Positions 8,179-15,970 of a stretch of 32,000 bases of DNA are shown one piece after another. The position numbers and the translations under genes were made by a program. Source of the DNA: Nitrosococcus oceani ATCC 19707. GTDB taxonomy: Bacteria > Pseudomonadota > Gammaproteobacteria > Nitrosococcales > Nitrosococcaceae. Numbering within the stretch: the stretch's first letter is position 1; each line of letters starts with the position of its first letter. The notes below the pieces were generated by a model, which saw only the letters and a list, made by a program, of their open reading frames with translations, was not told the origin of the DNA and searched no databases. The stretch spans positions 2,580,001 through 2,612,000 of the forward strand of contig NC_007484.1 in the NCBI RefSeq assembly GCF_000012805.1, given 5' to 3'.

Positions 8179-8384
8179 AGTATCTAATTGAGGTTTTCTG
8201 GAGCGATGAGGACAGCGGCTATATTGCGCTTGTACCCGACCTGCCAGGCTGTAGCGCATGGGGAGCAACGCCGGAGGAAGCTACACGGGAAATTCAGGAC
8301 GCTATGACCGCATGGCTAGAGGCTTGCCAGCAGTCGGGGGAGTCCATACCGAAGCCTGCCGCCAAAGCAAGGTACGTGGCTTAG
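8175..8384 (+). CDS. hicB: HicB-family antitoxin (short form, no appended DNA-binding domain)
   Basis: 69 aa. YIALVPDLPGCSAWGATPEEATREIQDAMTAWLEAC is the canonical HicB/UPF0150 core. Its ATG overlaps the hicA stop (ATGA). Confidence 0.8.
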   Translation: MKYLIEVFWSDEDSGYIALVPDLPGCSAWGATPEEATREIQDAMTAWLEACQQSGESIPKPAAKARYVA

Positions 8385-8649
8385 GACTTTATTTAACGGT
8401 TTTGGCTTTTTACCGATACACGGGCATAAGGGCTTAGCGGTTTTTAATTGCCCCCTGCGTTTTGCAGCAAAACACCCTATGTTGAGTATAGATAGGTTAA
8501 TTATTTTTAATTACCCGTCAACGGGTTTTGAAATTCACCGATAAGGGTATATGACAGGCGTTAAGTGGGCCTGTTTGACATGAAGCAGCCCTAGGAGTGT
8601 TGGCGCACTCACTAGGGCCTAACCATAGAACAATTGTGAGGCGCTCTAA

Positions 8650-8878
8650 ATGGCTACTTCTAATATTAGCAAAGAAACCCCTTCCTGTAATTCACCCCTT
8701 CAACTAGTAGGCGAGAGAGAAGCGGCCGCGATACTCTGCCGGTCGGTTTCTTATATGCAAATTTCCCGCTGGCGTGGTGACGCCCCCCTTCTACCGGATA
8801 GGCCGCGCCGTTAGGTACGACAAAAACGAACTCATTGAGTGGGTGAAGGCGCGGCGGTGTCAGTCCACATCACTATAA
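8650..8878 (+). pseudogene. AlpA/excisionase-family HTH gene interrupted by a frameshift in a C6 tract
   Basis: Frame 1 from the ATG at 8650 reads MATSNISKETPSCNSPLQLVGEREAAAILCRSVSYMQISRWRGDAP and stops at 8812-8814. After the C-run at 8783-8788, another frame reads FYRIGRAVRYDKNELIEWVKARRCQSTSL* and ends at 8878. Joined, the two give a typical HTH_17/AlpA pattern. Removing one C restores the frame. Confidence 0.6.
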
Positions 8879-8894
8879 CCCCCTAAACGCAGAA

Positions 8895-8917
8895 AAGCCC
8901 CGAGTTTACCGGGGCTT
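8895..8917 (+). terminator. terminator-like hairpin between the AlpA-like gene and the primase
   Basis: AAGCCCCG-agtttac-CGGGGCTT is an 8-bp GC-rich stem. It is followed by a T-containing tail (ccctattaatctttt), with no clean U-run. Confidence 0.35.
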
Positions 8918-8956
8918 CCCTATTAATCTTTTCCCTCTCCCAAAGGAATAGATAAC

Positions 8957-10063
8957 ATGAATTATAACACTTCTTCCGCACTTTTGCACCTCAATAAATC
9001 CACCGTCAAGGACGCCGCACGCGGCCAATGGAGGACTATCCTTTCACCCCTTGGCGTCCCCCTACCGAACCACGGCAGACACGCACCCTGCCCCACCTGC
9101 GGCGGGAAAGACCGTTTCCGGTTCACCGACAAGCACGGCAACGGAGAGTATTACTGTAATCACTGCCGCGGCGGCGATGGGTTGCAGTTACTCCAAAACT
9201 ACCACGGCTGGAGGTTTCAGGAAGCGATACAAAACGTTGCCGAATTGCTGAACCTGGAGGAAGAGACCTGCCAGCCTTTCGAGTTTGGCAAGTTCGACGC
9301 CGACAAAATCGCACCTAGCGGTAACCCTCAAACCCCGGCACCACGTCACCAGGAACCCGCAAAGCCGAAGCGCCCGCCCTCCAACATTCTCCAGCAGTGG
9401 CAAATGACGCGGCCAGCCAGCCCCGACCATACGTACCTGAAAATTAAACGAGTTCAGCTTTGCCCCGGTATCCGTCTGAGCCGAAATTACAGGCGGCTGG
9501 TCGTCCCTATGCGCTGCACAGAAAACCAATTATGGGGCATTCAAAATATTTCCCCGAATGGGAAGAAAACCGCCACTAAGGGCAGCGATAAGAAGGGGCA
9601 TTTTTTCCCCATCAAGGGCCAAGATGATCGCGCCTTGTTCATCGTTGAGGGGCTAGCCACCGGGCTAAGCGTGCATGAGGCTACCGGGTTTCCTGTGGTG
9701 GTGGCGTTCGACGCCAACAACTTGCTACCTGTGGCGGAAAACATCCGGGCCGCGTGTCCTGATTTGCCCCTGGTGATAGCGGCGGATAACGATGCCTGGA
9801 CGGACGGTAATCCAGGCATTACGGCAGCCATGGAGGCCGCCGAGGCTGTGGACGGGGCGATAGTATGGCCGGAGTTTGAGCCGGGGGCTGAAACAGTGGC
9901 GGGCAGACCCACCGATTTTAATGACTTGCAGCGTTTGTGTGGGGCTGAGGCTGTCCGGGACCGCATACGCGAATTATTGCCACGGGGCTTTGTTCCCGGA
10001 TGGATTCCAATCAGGGGGGAGAGGGTTACCGAGGCGGCCAGCCTGGCGGGAGGTGCGGCATGA
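8957..10063 (+). CDS. DNA primase, P4-alpha/T7-gp4-type Zn-ribbon + Toprim domain
   Basis: CPTCGGKDRFRFTDKHGNGEYYCNHCRGGDGLQLL is a primase-helicase zinc-binding domain. FIVEGLATGLSVHEATGFPVVVAFDANNL...LVIAADND is a Toprim domain. An AAGGAA SD lies upstream. Confidence 0.8.
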   Translation: MNYNTSSALLHLNKSTVKDAARGQWRTILSPLGVPLPNHGRHAPCPTCGGKDRFRFTDKHGNGEYYCNHCRGGDGLQLLQNYHGWRFQEAIQNVAELLNLEEETCQPFEFGKFDADKIAPSGNPQTPAPRHQEPAKPKRPPSNILQQWQMTRPASPDHTYLKIKRVQLCPGIRLSRNYRRLVVPMRCTENQLWGIQNISPNGKKTATKGSDKKGHFFPIKGQDDRALFIVEGLATGLSVHEATGFPVVVAFDANNLLPVAENIRAACPDLPLVIAADNDAWTDGNPGITAAMEAAEAVDGAIVWPEFEPGAETVAGRPTDFNDLQRLCGAEAVRDRIRELLPRGFVPGWIPIRGERVTEAASLAGGAA

Positions 10064-12036
10064 AGGCTAATAATGAGAAGGGAAACCTGCATAACCTATT
10101 CCTATTCCCAGAGGGCGAAACAGAAGCCCCAGGGGCCGCTTCCGGGAAGGCCACCAAGGCCAAGATACCATCAAGCGCCAAGCGTGCCCCGAAGGTTAAA
10201 GCGGATGCGGTGAACGACAAAGGGACCCCTGCCCCTTCCCTGAATGGAGAATCAAACCCTAAGACCCAGGCAGCCGAGACCACCCCGAAAGCTAAGGCCG
10301 ACAAGAAAAAGCAGGTTGATATTAGGCCGCCTTGTTTCGCGGTGCATGATGATTTTTGCCTAGTTAACGGACGTGAGACATGCCCCGGCGTTTGGCGGTA
10401 TGACGTGAAAGAGACCAAAGAGGGAACGGTCCTTGTTAGAGAGTGGGTAGCAACCCCCATTCATGTAAGAGCGATTACGCGCAACGAACAGGGCGAAAAT
10501 TACGGGTTTCTACTGGAGTTCCTGGACGATGATAAAAAATGGAAAACCTGGTCCATGCCTAGACGGATGTTAAGCGGTAGCGGCGAGGATGTGCGCAAGG
10601 CGCTATTAGATAGGGGTGCGCGCATAGCTCCAGGAAAGGGAGGTCTGTTGAATAGATATTTCATGAAGCAATTCCCCAAGCGCCGCGTCACTTCAACATC
10701 CCGTGTAGGCTGGACCGATGACGGGGAAACCTTTGTATTCCCAAGGGAGTGTATTAGCAGCCTAAGAGGCAAGGAAGCCATTTTTCAGGCTGAAATGCTG
10801 GCCGAGGCCGACTATCCGAAAAAAGGCACCCTGGAGGGATGGCGGCGAAACATCGGCCAGCTATGCGAGGGTAACCCCGTGCTAACCATGGCCGTATCGG
10901 CGGCGCTGGCCGGGCCACTGCTGTTAAAAACGGATAAAAGCGAGGGCGCAGGCATTCACTTCTTAGGCGACAGTTCCAAGGGGAAATCTACCGCGTTACA
11001 GGTAGCCGCTAGCGTCTGGGGCAATCATGAGTTTATGCAATCCTGGAACAGTACAGCCAATGGATTAGAGGGCATAGCGGCGGCCAGAAATGACACCTGT
11101 TTAATTATTGATGAGATAAGCGAGGGCAACCCCTATGAGCTGGGTAAAATTGCCTACATGATAGCCAACGGCAGAGGCAAGAGCCGGGCTAACCGCATAG
11201 GGGAAGCTAAGGGAATAAGACGCTGGCGGATTGTGGCGCTATCCACAGGAGAGAAAACCCTTTCCTCCATGCTGGAGTCCGTCAAAATCGATGCCAATTC
11301 CGGGCAGAATGTTCGCCTTCTAAACATCCCTTCCACCGGGTTTAGTTACGGCGCGTTTGACTGCCTCCATGGTTTCGCTAGTGGGCGGGAGCTGGCGGAT
11401 GCCCTCAAGCAAGCGCGCCACCATGACTACAGTCTAGTAGGTTACGCATTCATTGAAAACCTACTAAAGAGAAGGTCGCCAAACCTACCAAGCCGACTTA
11501 AGGACATTACCGACGAACTCAAGCCACTTGTTAACACGACCATAGAAGGGCGGGCAGCCGATACCATGGCCCTGTTCATCCTGGCCGGGGAACTGGGCAT
11601 TGAATACGGCCTATTACCCTGGAAGCCTGGCGCGGCCATGGAGGCGGGCAAAATCCTGTTTGAGCTATGGCGGGATAACCAGACCGGGGACGGGACCGAG
11701 GATAAGCAGATTCTTAAGAATGTTAAGGACTTTATCGACAGGCATGGAGATAGCCGCTTTCAATTCAGAGGCACGCAACCTGATAAGGATTTTGTGACTA
11801 TCAGGGATAGGGCCGGATGGTTTGAGATGAATGACGATAATGAAAGGGTTTACCTGTTTCACTCTAGCGGTCTGAAAGAGGCCGGGGGAGGGTTTGAACT
11901 TAAACGCGTTGCCCAGGCGCTAGATAGGGCGGGATGGGTAACCAAAAAAGGCAAAGGAAGGTTAAACCTTAGCTATGACTTTAGAGACTTCAAGGGCAGG
12001 CTTTACGCTATCAAGCCAGAATCGAATTTAGATTAA
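10060..12036 (+). CDS. DUF927-domain P-loop NTPase / replicative helicase, with a Lys/Ala/Pro-rich N-terminal tail
   Basis: SRVGWTDDGETFVFP is the DUF927 signature. Walker A is GDSSKGKST and Walker B is CLIIDEISE. I prefer the ATG at 10060, which overlaps the primase TGA (ATGA), over the track's 10000 start. Confidence 0.8.
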   Translation: MKANNEKGNLHNLFLFPEGETEAPGAASGKATKAKIPSSAKRAPKVKADAVNDKGTPAPSLNGESNPKTQAAETTPKAKADKKKQVDIRPPCFAVHDDFCLVNGRETCPGVWRYDVKETKEGTVLVREWVATPIHVRAITRNEQGENYGFLLEFLDDDKKWKTWSMPRRMLSGSGEDVRKALLDRGARIAPGKGGLLNRYFMKQFPKRRVTSTSRVGWTDDGETFVFPRECISSLRGKEAIFQAEMLAEADYPKKGTLEGWRRNIGQLCEGNPVLTMAVSAALAGPLLLKTDKSEGAGIHFLGDSSKGKSTALQVAASVWGNHEFMQSWNSTANGLEGIAAARNDTCLIIDEISEGNPYELGKIAYMIANGRGKSRANRIGEAKGIRRWRIVALSTGEKTLSSMLESVKIDANSGQNVRLLNIPSTGFSYGAFDCLHGFASGRELADALKQARHHDYSLVGYAFIENLLKRRSPNLPSRLKDITDELKPLVNTTIEGRAADTMALFILAGELGIEYGLLPWKPGAAMEAGKILFELWRDNQTGDGTEDKQILKNVKDFIDRHGDSRFQFRGTQPDKDFVTIRDRAGWFEMNDDNERVYLFHSSGLKEAGGGFELKRVAQALDRAGWVTKKGKGRLNLSYDFRDFKGRLYAIKPESNLD

Positions 12037-12047
12037 CGTTTTTGGAC

Positions 12048-12120
12048 TGGTGAGTGTGGTGAGAAATGTTAACCGCCTTACTCTCCCAAGGGTTTCGGCG
12101 CTTCCTCACCACACTCACCA
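12048..12120. repeat. perfect 16-bp inverted repeat with 41-nt spacer, just downstream of the helicase stop
   Basis: TGGTGAGTGTGGTGAG (12048-12063) and CTCACCACACTCACCA (12105-12120) are exact reverse complements. Confidence 0.85.
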
Positions 12121-12171
12121 CTAGAAAAACGCAACTTTGAATTTATTTTTTGAAAAAGGACTTTGCTTACC

Positions 12172-12303
12172 ATGAAAAAAGTTATCCACAATGATTTTCA
12201 AAACCCCACCTTCCGCAAGCACATGGACGATTATCTAGCCCTCAACGAAACCTTGGGGGATTCCCACCTGCGGATGGGGATATCAAAGCGGTGCATTGAT
12301 TGA
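12172..12303 (+). CDS. possible small ORF (43 aa), function unknown
   Basis: My translation is MKKVIHNDFQNPTFRKHMDDYLALNETLGDSHLRMGISKRCID*. Its stop lies 1 nt before the next ATG. It is below the track's length cutoff and has no recognisable family. Confidence 0.25.
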   Translation: MKKVIHNDFQNPTFRKHMDDYLALNETLGDSHLRMGISKRCID

Positions 12304-12304
12304 T

Positions 12305-12592
12305 ATGGAAATTAAACTGGTGCCGGTTCGAGAAGATGATATAGGCGGTACGCTCAATTGGGAGAACGGAGAGTTTACAGGGTTTCGCTCGGGGGTGGTG
12401 ACAGAAGAGGCCCAACATGCGCTCAAGCTCGGCTATGTCTCCTATACCCCGCTCGCCCTCTACAGCGACAAAAGCCCTTTTGAGGACAAGGAAGCCTTGG
12501 CCATTGTGTTGATTAAGATGGGTTACAAGCTGCCTGAAAACCTAGCCGAGAGCGTTACCTTTACCGACCGCCCTGAAGGAGTGATTTACTAA
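12305..12592 (+). CDS. hypothetical protein (95 aa from the ATG at 12305)
   Basis: From ORF track entry 12296-12592. ATG at 12305. The same frame stays open after the TAA at 12590-12592, through to 12706. No family recognised. Confidence 0.4.
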   Translation: MEIKLVPVREDDIGGTLNWENGEFTGFRSGVVTEEAQHALKLGYVSYTPLALYSDKSPFEDKEALAIVLIKMGYKLPENLAESVTFTDRPEGVIY

Positions 12593-12721
12593 AACCTGGA
12601 CGACCTGCCCGAGGGGATGGATGCTCAAACCATGGAGGACATTCTCTTAGCGACCGGGTTTAGCAAGAAGGAAGGCCGGTATACTTATACCTTGCCGGGC
12701 TGGTAATCCCCCATCAATAGG

Positions 12722-12746
12722 GGGCTGTCTCACCATGAGGCAGCCC
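12722..12746 (+). terminator. hairpin after the last island ORF
   Basis: GGGCTGTCTCA-cca-TGAGGCAGCCC is an 11-bp stem with one G-U pair, followed by TTCTGCTCC (weak U tract). It lies 16 nt after the stop at 12706. Confidence 0.35.
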
Positions 12747-13019
12747 TTCTGCTCCCTGAGAGAATTGAGTTTCGAATAACCTTATACTTTGTAGGGTTAA
12801 TCAAGCGATATAAAAGGCCACACCTTTACAAAGGGGAGCGCGTTTCCCTCTTCTTTGAGGGGGGGCAAACCGTTTGCAGCGCCTCCACGAAGCGAGCCCC
12901 CTTCCCCCTGGTTGGAATGCTCTTTCTTTTAGGGGCTCAATTTTCTTCTAACACTTACATAGCACTTACCCGGGCAATTTCCCTAAGCGGCTATCTTTCG
13001 GTAAGTCGCTGTTTTTAAA

Positions 13020-13095
<76 letters not shown>

Positions 13096-13176
13096 AAAAA
13101 GCCTGCTATAAATTTTACTCGTAATGTTGTTTCTTGCCCCTATTAGATTAAAGGTGTAGGAAACAATTGCTAAATT

Positions 13177-13253
13177 TGGGGTGAGCGATGGGATTTGAAC
13201 CCACGACCACAGGAGTCACAATCCTGCGCTCTACCAACTGAGCTACGCCCACC
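13177..13253 (-). tRNA. tRNA-His (anticodon GTG)
   Basis: The reverse complement is GGTGGGCGTAGCTCAGTTGGTAGAGCGCAGGATTGTGACTCCTGTGGTCGTGGGTTCAAATCCCATCGCTCACCCCA. It has the His-specific extra 5' G(-1), anticodon loop TTGTGAC, and closely parallels E. coli tRNA-His. Confidence 0.95.
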
Positions 13254-13312
13254 ATAAAAACCAATAATTATACCTCAGTTACGCGATAAAATGCAGTCTT
13301 TAACCGTATACA

Positions 13313-13372
13313 TGGTCCGCCTGGTAGGATTCGAACCTGCTGTCCTGGTGCTTAGAAATGCTTCGTTTCAAC
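13313..13372 (-). pseudogene. decayed tRNA-Arg-like 3' fragment (T-arm, acceptor 3' strand, CCA; no 5' half)
   Basis: TGGTCCGCCTGGTAGGATTCGAACCTGCTGTCCTGGTGCTTAGAAATGC aligns to the 3' half of tRNA-Arg(TCT) at 15836 (TGGCGCGCCCGGTAGGATTCGAACCTACTACCCTCGGCTTAGAAGGCC). There is a 16-nt identical core plus TTCTAA-type anticodon-loop remains. The T-stem and acceptor no longer pair, and no matching 5' acceptor strand follows. Confidence 0.6.
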
Positions 13373-14138
13373 CAGAAGAAATGCACCCACTACCCCCTTA
13401 CAACCAATAATAATCAATAGCTTATATTAAATTACCAAACCTTCTTAGTGCTATAACAAAAGCAAATTTGCACGACGATTGCTAATTTCAATTCGCCCAA
13501 CTCGCTTTTAATTATGGCAAAAATAAAAGGCTAAATATAGTCTTTCGTCGTACTTACGCAACCGAGCAGGATCACATGCCAGTTCATCAACCGCCGCTGC
13601 GGCTGTTTCCTCTAACCAAAACTCGCGAAACTTCTGACCTTTAGCCCAGGAAATACTTCGCCTCCAGCACCTGCTGCCAGGTCTACCCCATCTATTCAAA
13701 GGCAACTAGGCTCCTTCTCCCATTTCCGGAAGCCGTGGATACAGGTTCGGGCTGTCCCCCAACACCATCTTATGGCTACCCTCTGCTCTTTAAGTGGTGA
13801 GACGGTAGTTTCGGCTCTGGCTCGTTAGGCTGCGCTCAACGCCCAAACATGGAAGTCTTGTTCAGGGAAAAGCTCATAATATTCCACATCTATTCTCCTC
13901 TAATCTCAACTCACTAACCGCCCCTAGATTAGGCCATGTTATCAAGGTGTACATAAAGATTAAATTGAGAAGGGGGGCACTTCCTGTCCGGTCAATTTCC
14001 AAAATACCAAAAGGATATTTTAATTCCAACTTCTAAAGAGCGAAAAAAAGCTACCGATAAAGTATCAAAGTACGTATAAAAATTTAGGATAGAAAAACTC
14101 CTCCTTGTCAAAAAATAATACCATTAAAAAATCTTACA

Positions 14139-14474
14139 ATGTTTCGATTGATAGCGGCTTTAGCACTCTTCCTCTTTATAGTTAATGTAACTATCGCAGC
14201 CGAAAAACAAATAGTTTGCGCTAAATATAGAAAAGACTACGGTTGGTCTTCAGGATATAGAGTTGAGGCAACGATCATTAAGGGGGTAGAACTTAATAAA
14301 GCCACAGTAACCTTTAACTACAAACCGATTTCAACGTATGTCGTTATATTCTGGGATAAAGGGCAGGCTAGTATTATTGAGCTAGATTTCCCAATTTTAA
14401 CTGGGGTTGGTCAGCCTGGAGAAGATCAAAAGGGCAGAAAATGGAAAATATCCAAAAGTAGCATTTGCTTTTAG
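14139..14474 (+). CDS. small secreted protein (111 aa), unknown family
   Basis: N-terminal signal peptide MFRLIAALALFLFIVNVTIAAEK. The two Cys (residues 27 and 110) could form a disulfide. Its stop abuts the next ORF. No obvious SD. Confidence 0.5.
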   Translation: MFRLIAALALFLFIVNVTIAAEKQIVCAKYRKDYGWSSGYRVEATIIKGVELNKATVTFNYKPISTYVVIFWDKGQASIIELDFPILTGVGQPGEDQKGRKWKISKSSICF

Positions 14475-14489
14475 GTGGACGTTAGTTTA

Positions 14490-15293
14490 ATGAGTAGAGG
14501 ATACATCTATATATTAACCAATCCCTCTTATGAGAAAAATTTACTTAAAATTGGCAGAACTTCTCGCTCTCCCGAAATAAGAGCCGAAGAAATATATAAA
14601 AGAGCCACTGGCGTTCCTACCCCATTTAAAGTTTCTTTCAAGAGAAAAGTTTTAAATTGCAAGGAAGCTGAAAGACTTATACATACCCGTTTGAAAACCT
14701 ATAGACCTCATAACTCTAGGGAGTTTTTCAAATTATCTATAAATGAAGCCGTAAGTATTGTAAATCAGGTTTGTGAAGAGATAGATCACTTAAGTACTCC
14801 AAATCAAGAAAACGAGAAGTATAAACAAAATCCTCCCCGGAAGGTTTCAGTACCACAACGAATTCCTGGCTATTTCTATCTTTATAATAATTTTGGTAAA
14901 TTGAAATACGGACTTACAGTTAACAATCCTTTTGGGGATAGAAATTTAAACATATTGATTTGTTATAAAGTTTATGATGGCAAGGCTGTATCAGCAGTCC
15001 TAAAGAAGAATCGTAATATCGAAAAACAAGGAGGCAGTTGGATACTATCTTTCAGAGAAATTATTTCTATGTCTGGATCGAACTATAGTATTCTGAAAGA
15101 GCAAGAACCCAGTCCTAACGGGGATCAGGTAGAAACTAATTCTCCACCTAAATATAACACTCCAAAAAGCCAAACACCTGATTCAGAATCTAAAATAAAA
15201 TATCGGGAATCAAAGCCTAGCTGGCTTCAGTGGGTACTGTTTGTGTTAGCGAAAATAGCTTTAGTAGCCGGAAGCCAGGGTTATTTTGGCTAA
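14490..15293 (+). CDS. T5orf172 (GIY-YIG superfamily, MUG113-like) domain protein with a possible second degenerate GIY-like module and a C-terminal hydrophobic anchor
   Basis: GYIYILTNPSYEKNLLKIGRTSRSPEIRAEEI...PFKV...EAERLIHTRLKTYRPHNSREFFKL fits the T5orf172 pattern. A second GYFYLYNNFGKLKYGLT motif sits at about residue 130. The C-terminus WLQWVLFVLAKIALVAGSQGYFG is TM-like. I prefer the ATG at 14490; the track's GTG at 14475 is also possible. Confidence 0.65.
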   Translation: MSRGYIYILTNPSYEKNLLKIGRTSRSPEIRAEEIYKRATGVPTPFKVSFKRKVLNCKEAERLIHTRLKTYRPHNSREFFKLSINEAVSIVNQVCEEIDHLSTPNQENEKYKQNPPRKVSVPQRIPGYFYLYNNFGKLKYGLTVNNPFGDRNLNILICYKVYDGKAVSAVLKKNRNIEKQGGSWILSFREIISMSGSNYSILKEQEPSPNGDQVETNSPPKYNTPKSQTPDSESKIKYRESKPSWLQWVLFVLAKIALVAGSQGYFG

Positions 15294-15835
15294 GGCCGTT
15301 AATAATAATTTTAGAACACGATCTACTTTATTTCTAGTGCTAATCGCCTATACCTACCACAGTTTTTAGGTAAACTTATTTGTTTGCACCGGATTCCTGT
15401 GGGGGATGATTAATATTCCAGCCTATAAGGGCATGATTGATTGCTCGACTGATAAGAATAATTAGCAGTTTGATCGGCTTCAGTCTTTAGACAGTAATCT
15501 CTAAATTGGATGAGGCTTTAGGAGTTAATCCAGTCAGGCTGTATTTACCTAACCATTTTGGTTAGTTCTAGAAGGTACTTCTTTAGTATATCTATCAAGT
15601 ATTTCACCAAGTAAAGAATTTCTCTTTCAATCTCGCTCTCTAATTGTTTATTCAAACTAGAGCATTCTTCCTACCCTTCAATGATTTATTAACTAACGTA
15701 TGTCCTTTTACTCTGGCTTTTCTTACCGGCGATCCCTTCTTTTTCTAATTGTAGCTACTATTTATCCTTTTGTTGTAGCAAAATTGTGCCATAGATAATA
15801 GCTATACTCATTATAAATGATATCGTATATTAATA

Positions 15836-15912
15836 TGGCGCGCCCGGTAGGATTCGAACCTACTACCCTCGGCTTAGAAGGCCGATGCTCTATCCGAATG
15901 AGCTACGGGCGC
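15836..15912 (-). tRNA. tRNA-Arg (anticodon TCT)
   Basis: The reverse complement GCGCCCGTAGCTCATTCGGATAGAGCATCGGCCTTCTAAGCCGAGGGTAGTAGGTTCGAATCCTACCGGGCGCGCCA folds as a 77-nt cloverleaf with anticodon loop CTTCTAA. Confidence 0.95.
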
Positions 15913-15970
15913 ATGGAACGGCATCCCCACAACTCATGGGCTAACTAATATGCCGCCGCTACAAGTAAAC

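Larger units (their letters stand above)
13313..15835. mobile_element. AT-rich islet inserted at the 3' end of tRNA-Arg(TCT), without an integrase (remnant island)
   Basis: About 2.5 kb of visibly AT-rich DNA splits an otherwise compact Pro-Arg-His-Lys tRNA cluster. It is bounded by the intact tRNA-Arg and a degenerate tRNA-Arg 3' copy in the same orientation. Confidence 0.5.

Noticed and set aside
10000-10059. Upstream extension of the helicase ORF (track start at 10000).
   Set aside because: It lies wholly inside the primase coding region. The ATG at 10060 gives the ATGA stop-start overlap typical of coupled genes.
13508-13705. 65-aa minus-strand ORF and neighbouring frames (13500-13860) as an integrase or transposase remnant of the tRNA-Arg islet.
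   Set aside because: There are several short frames broken by stops, and I cannot place any catalytic motif. It may be debris of a mobility gene, but I cannot support a call without BLASTX.
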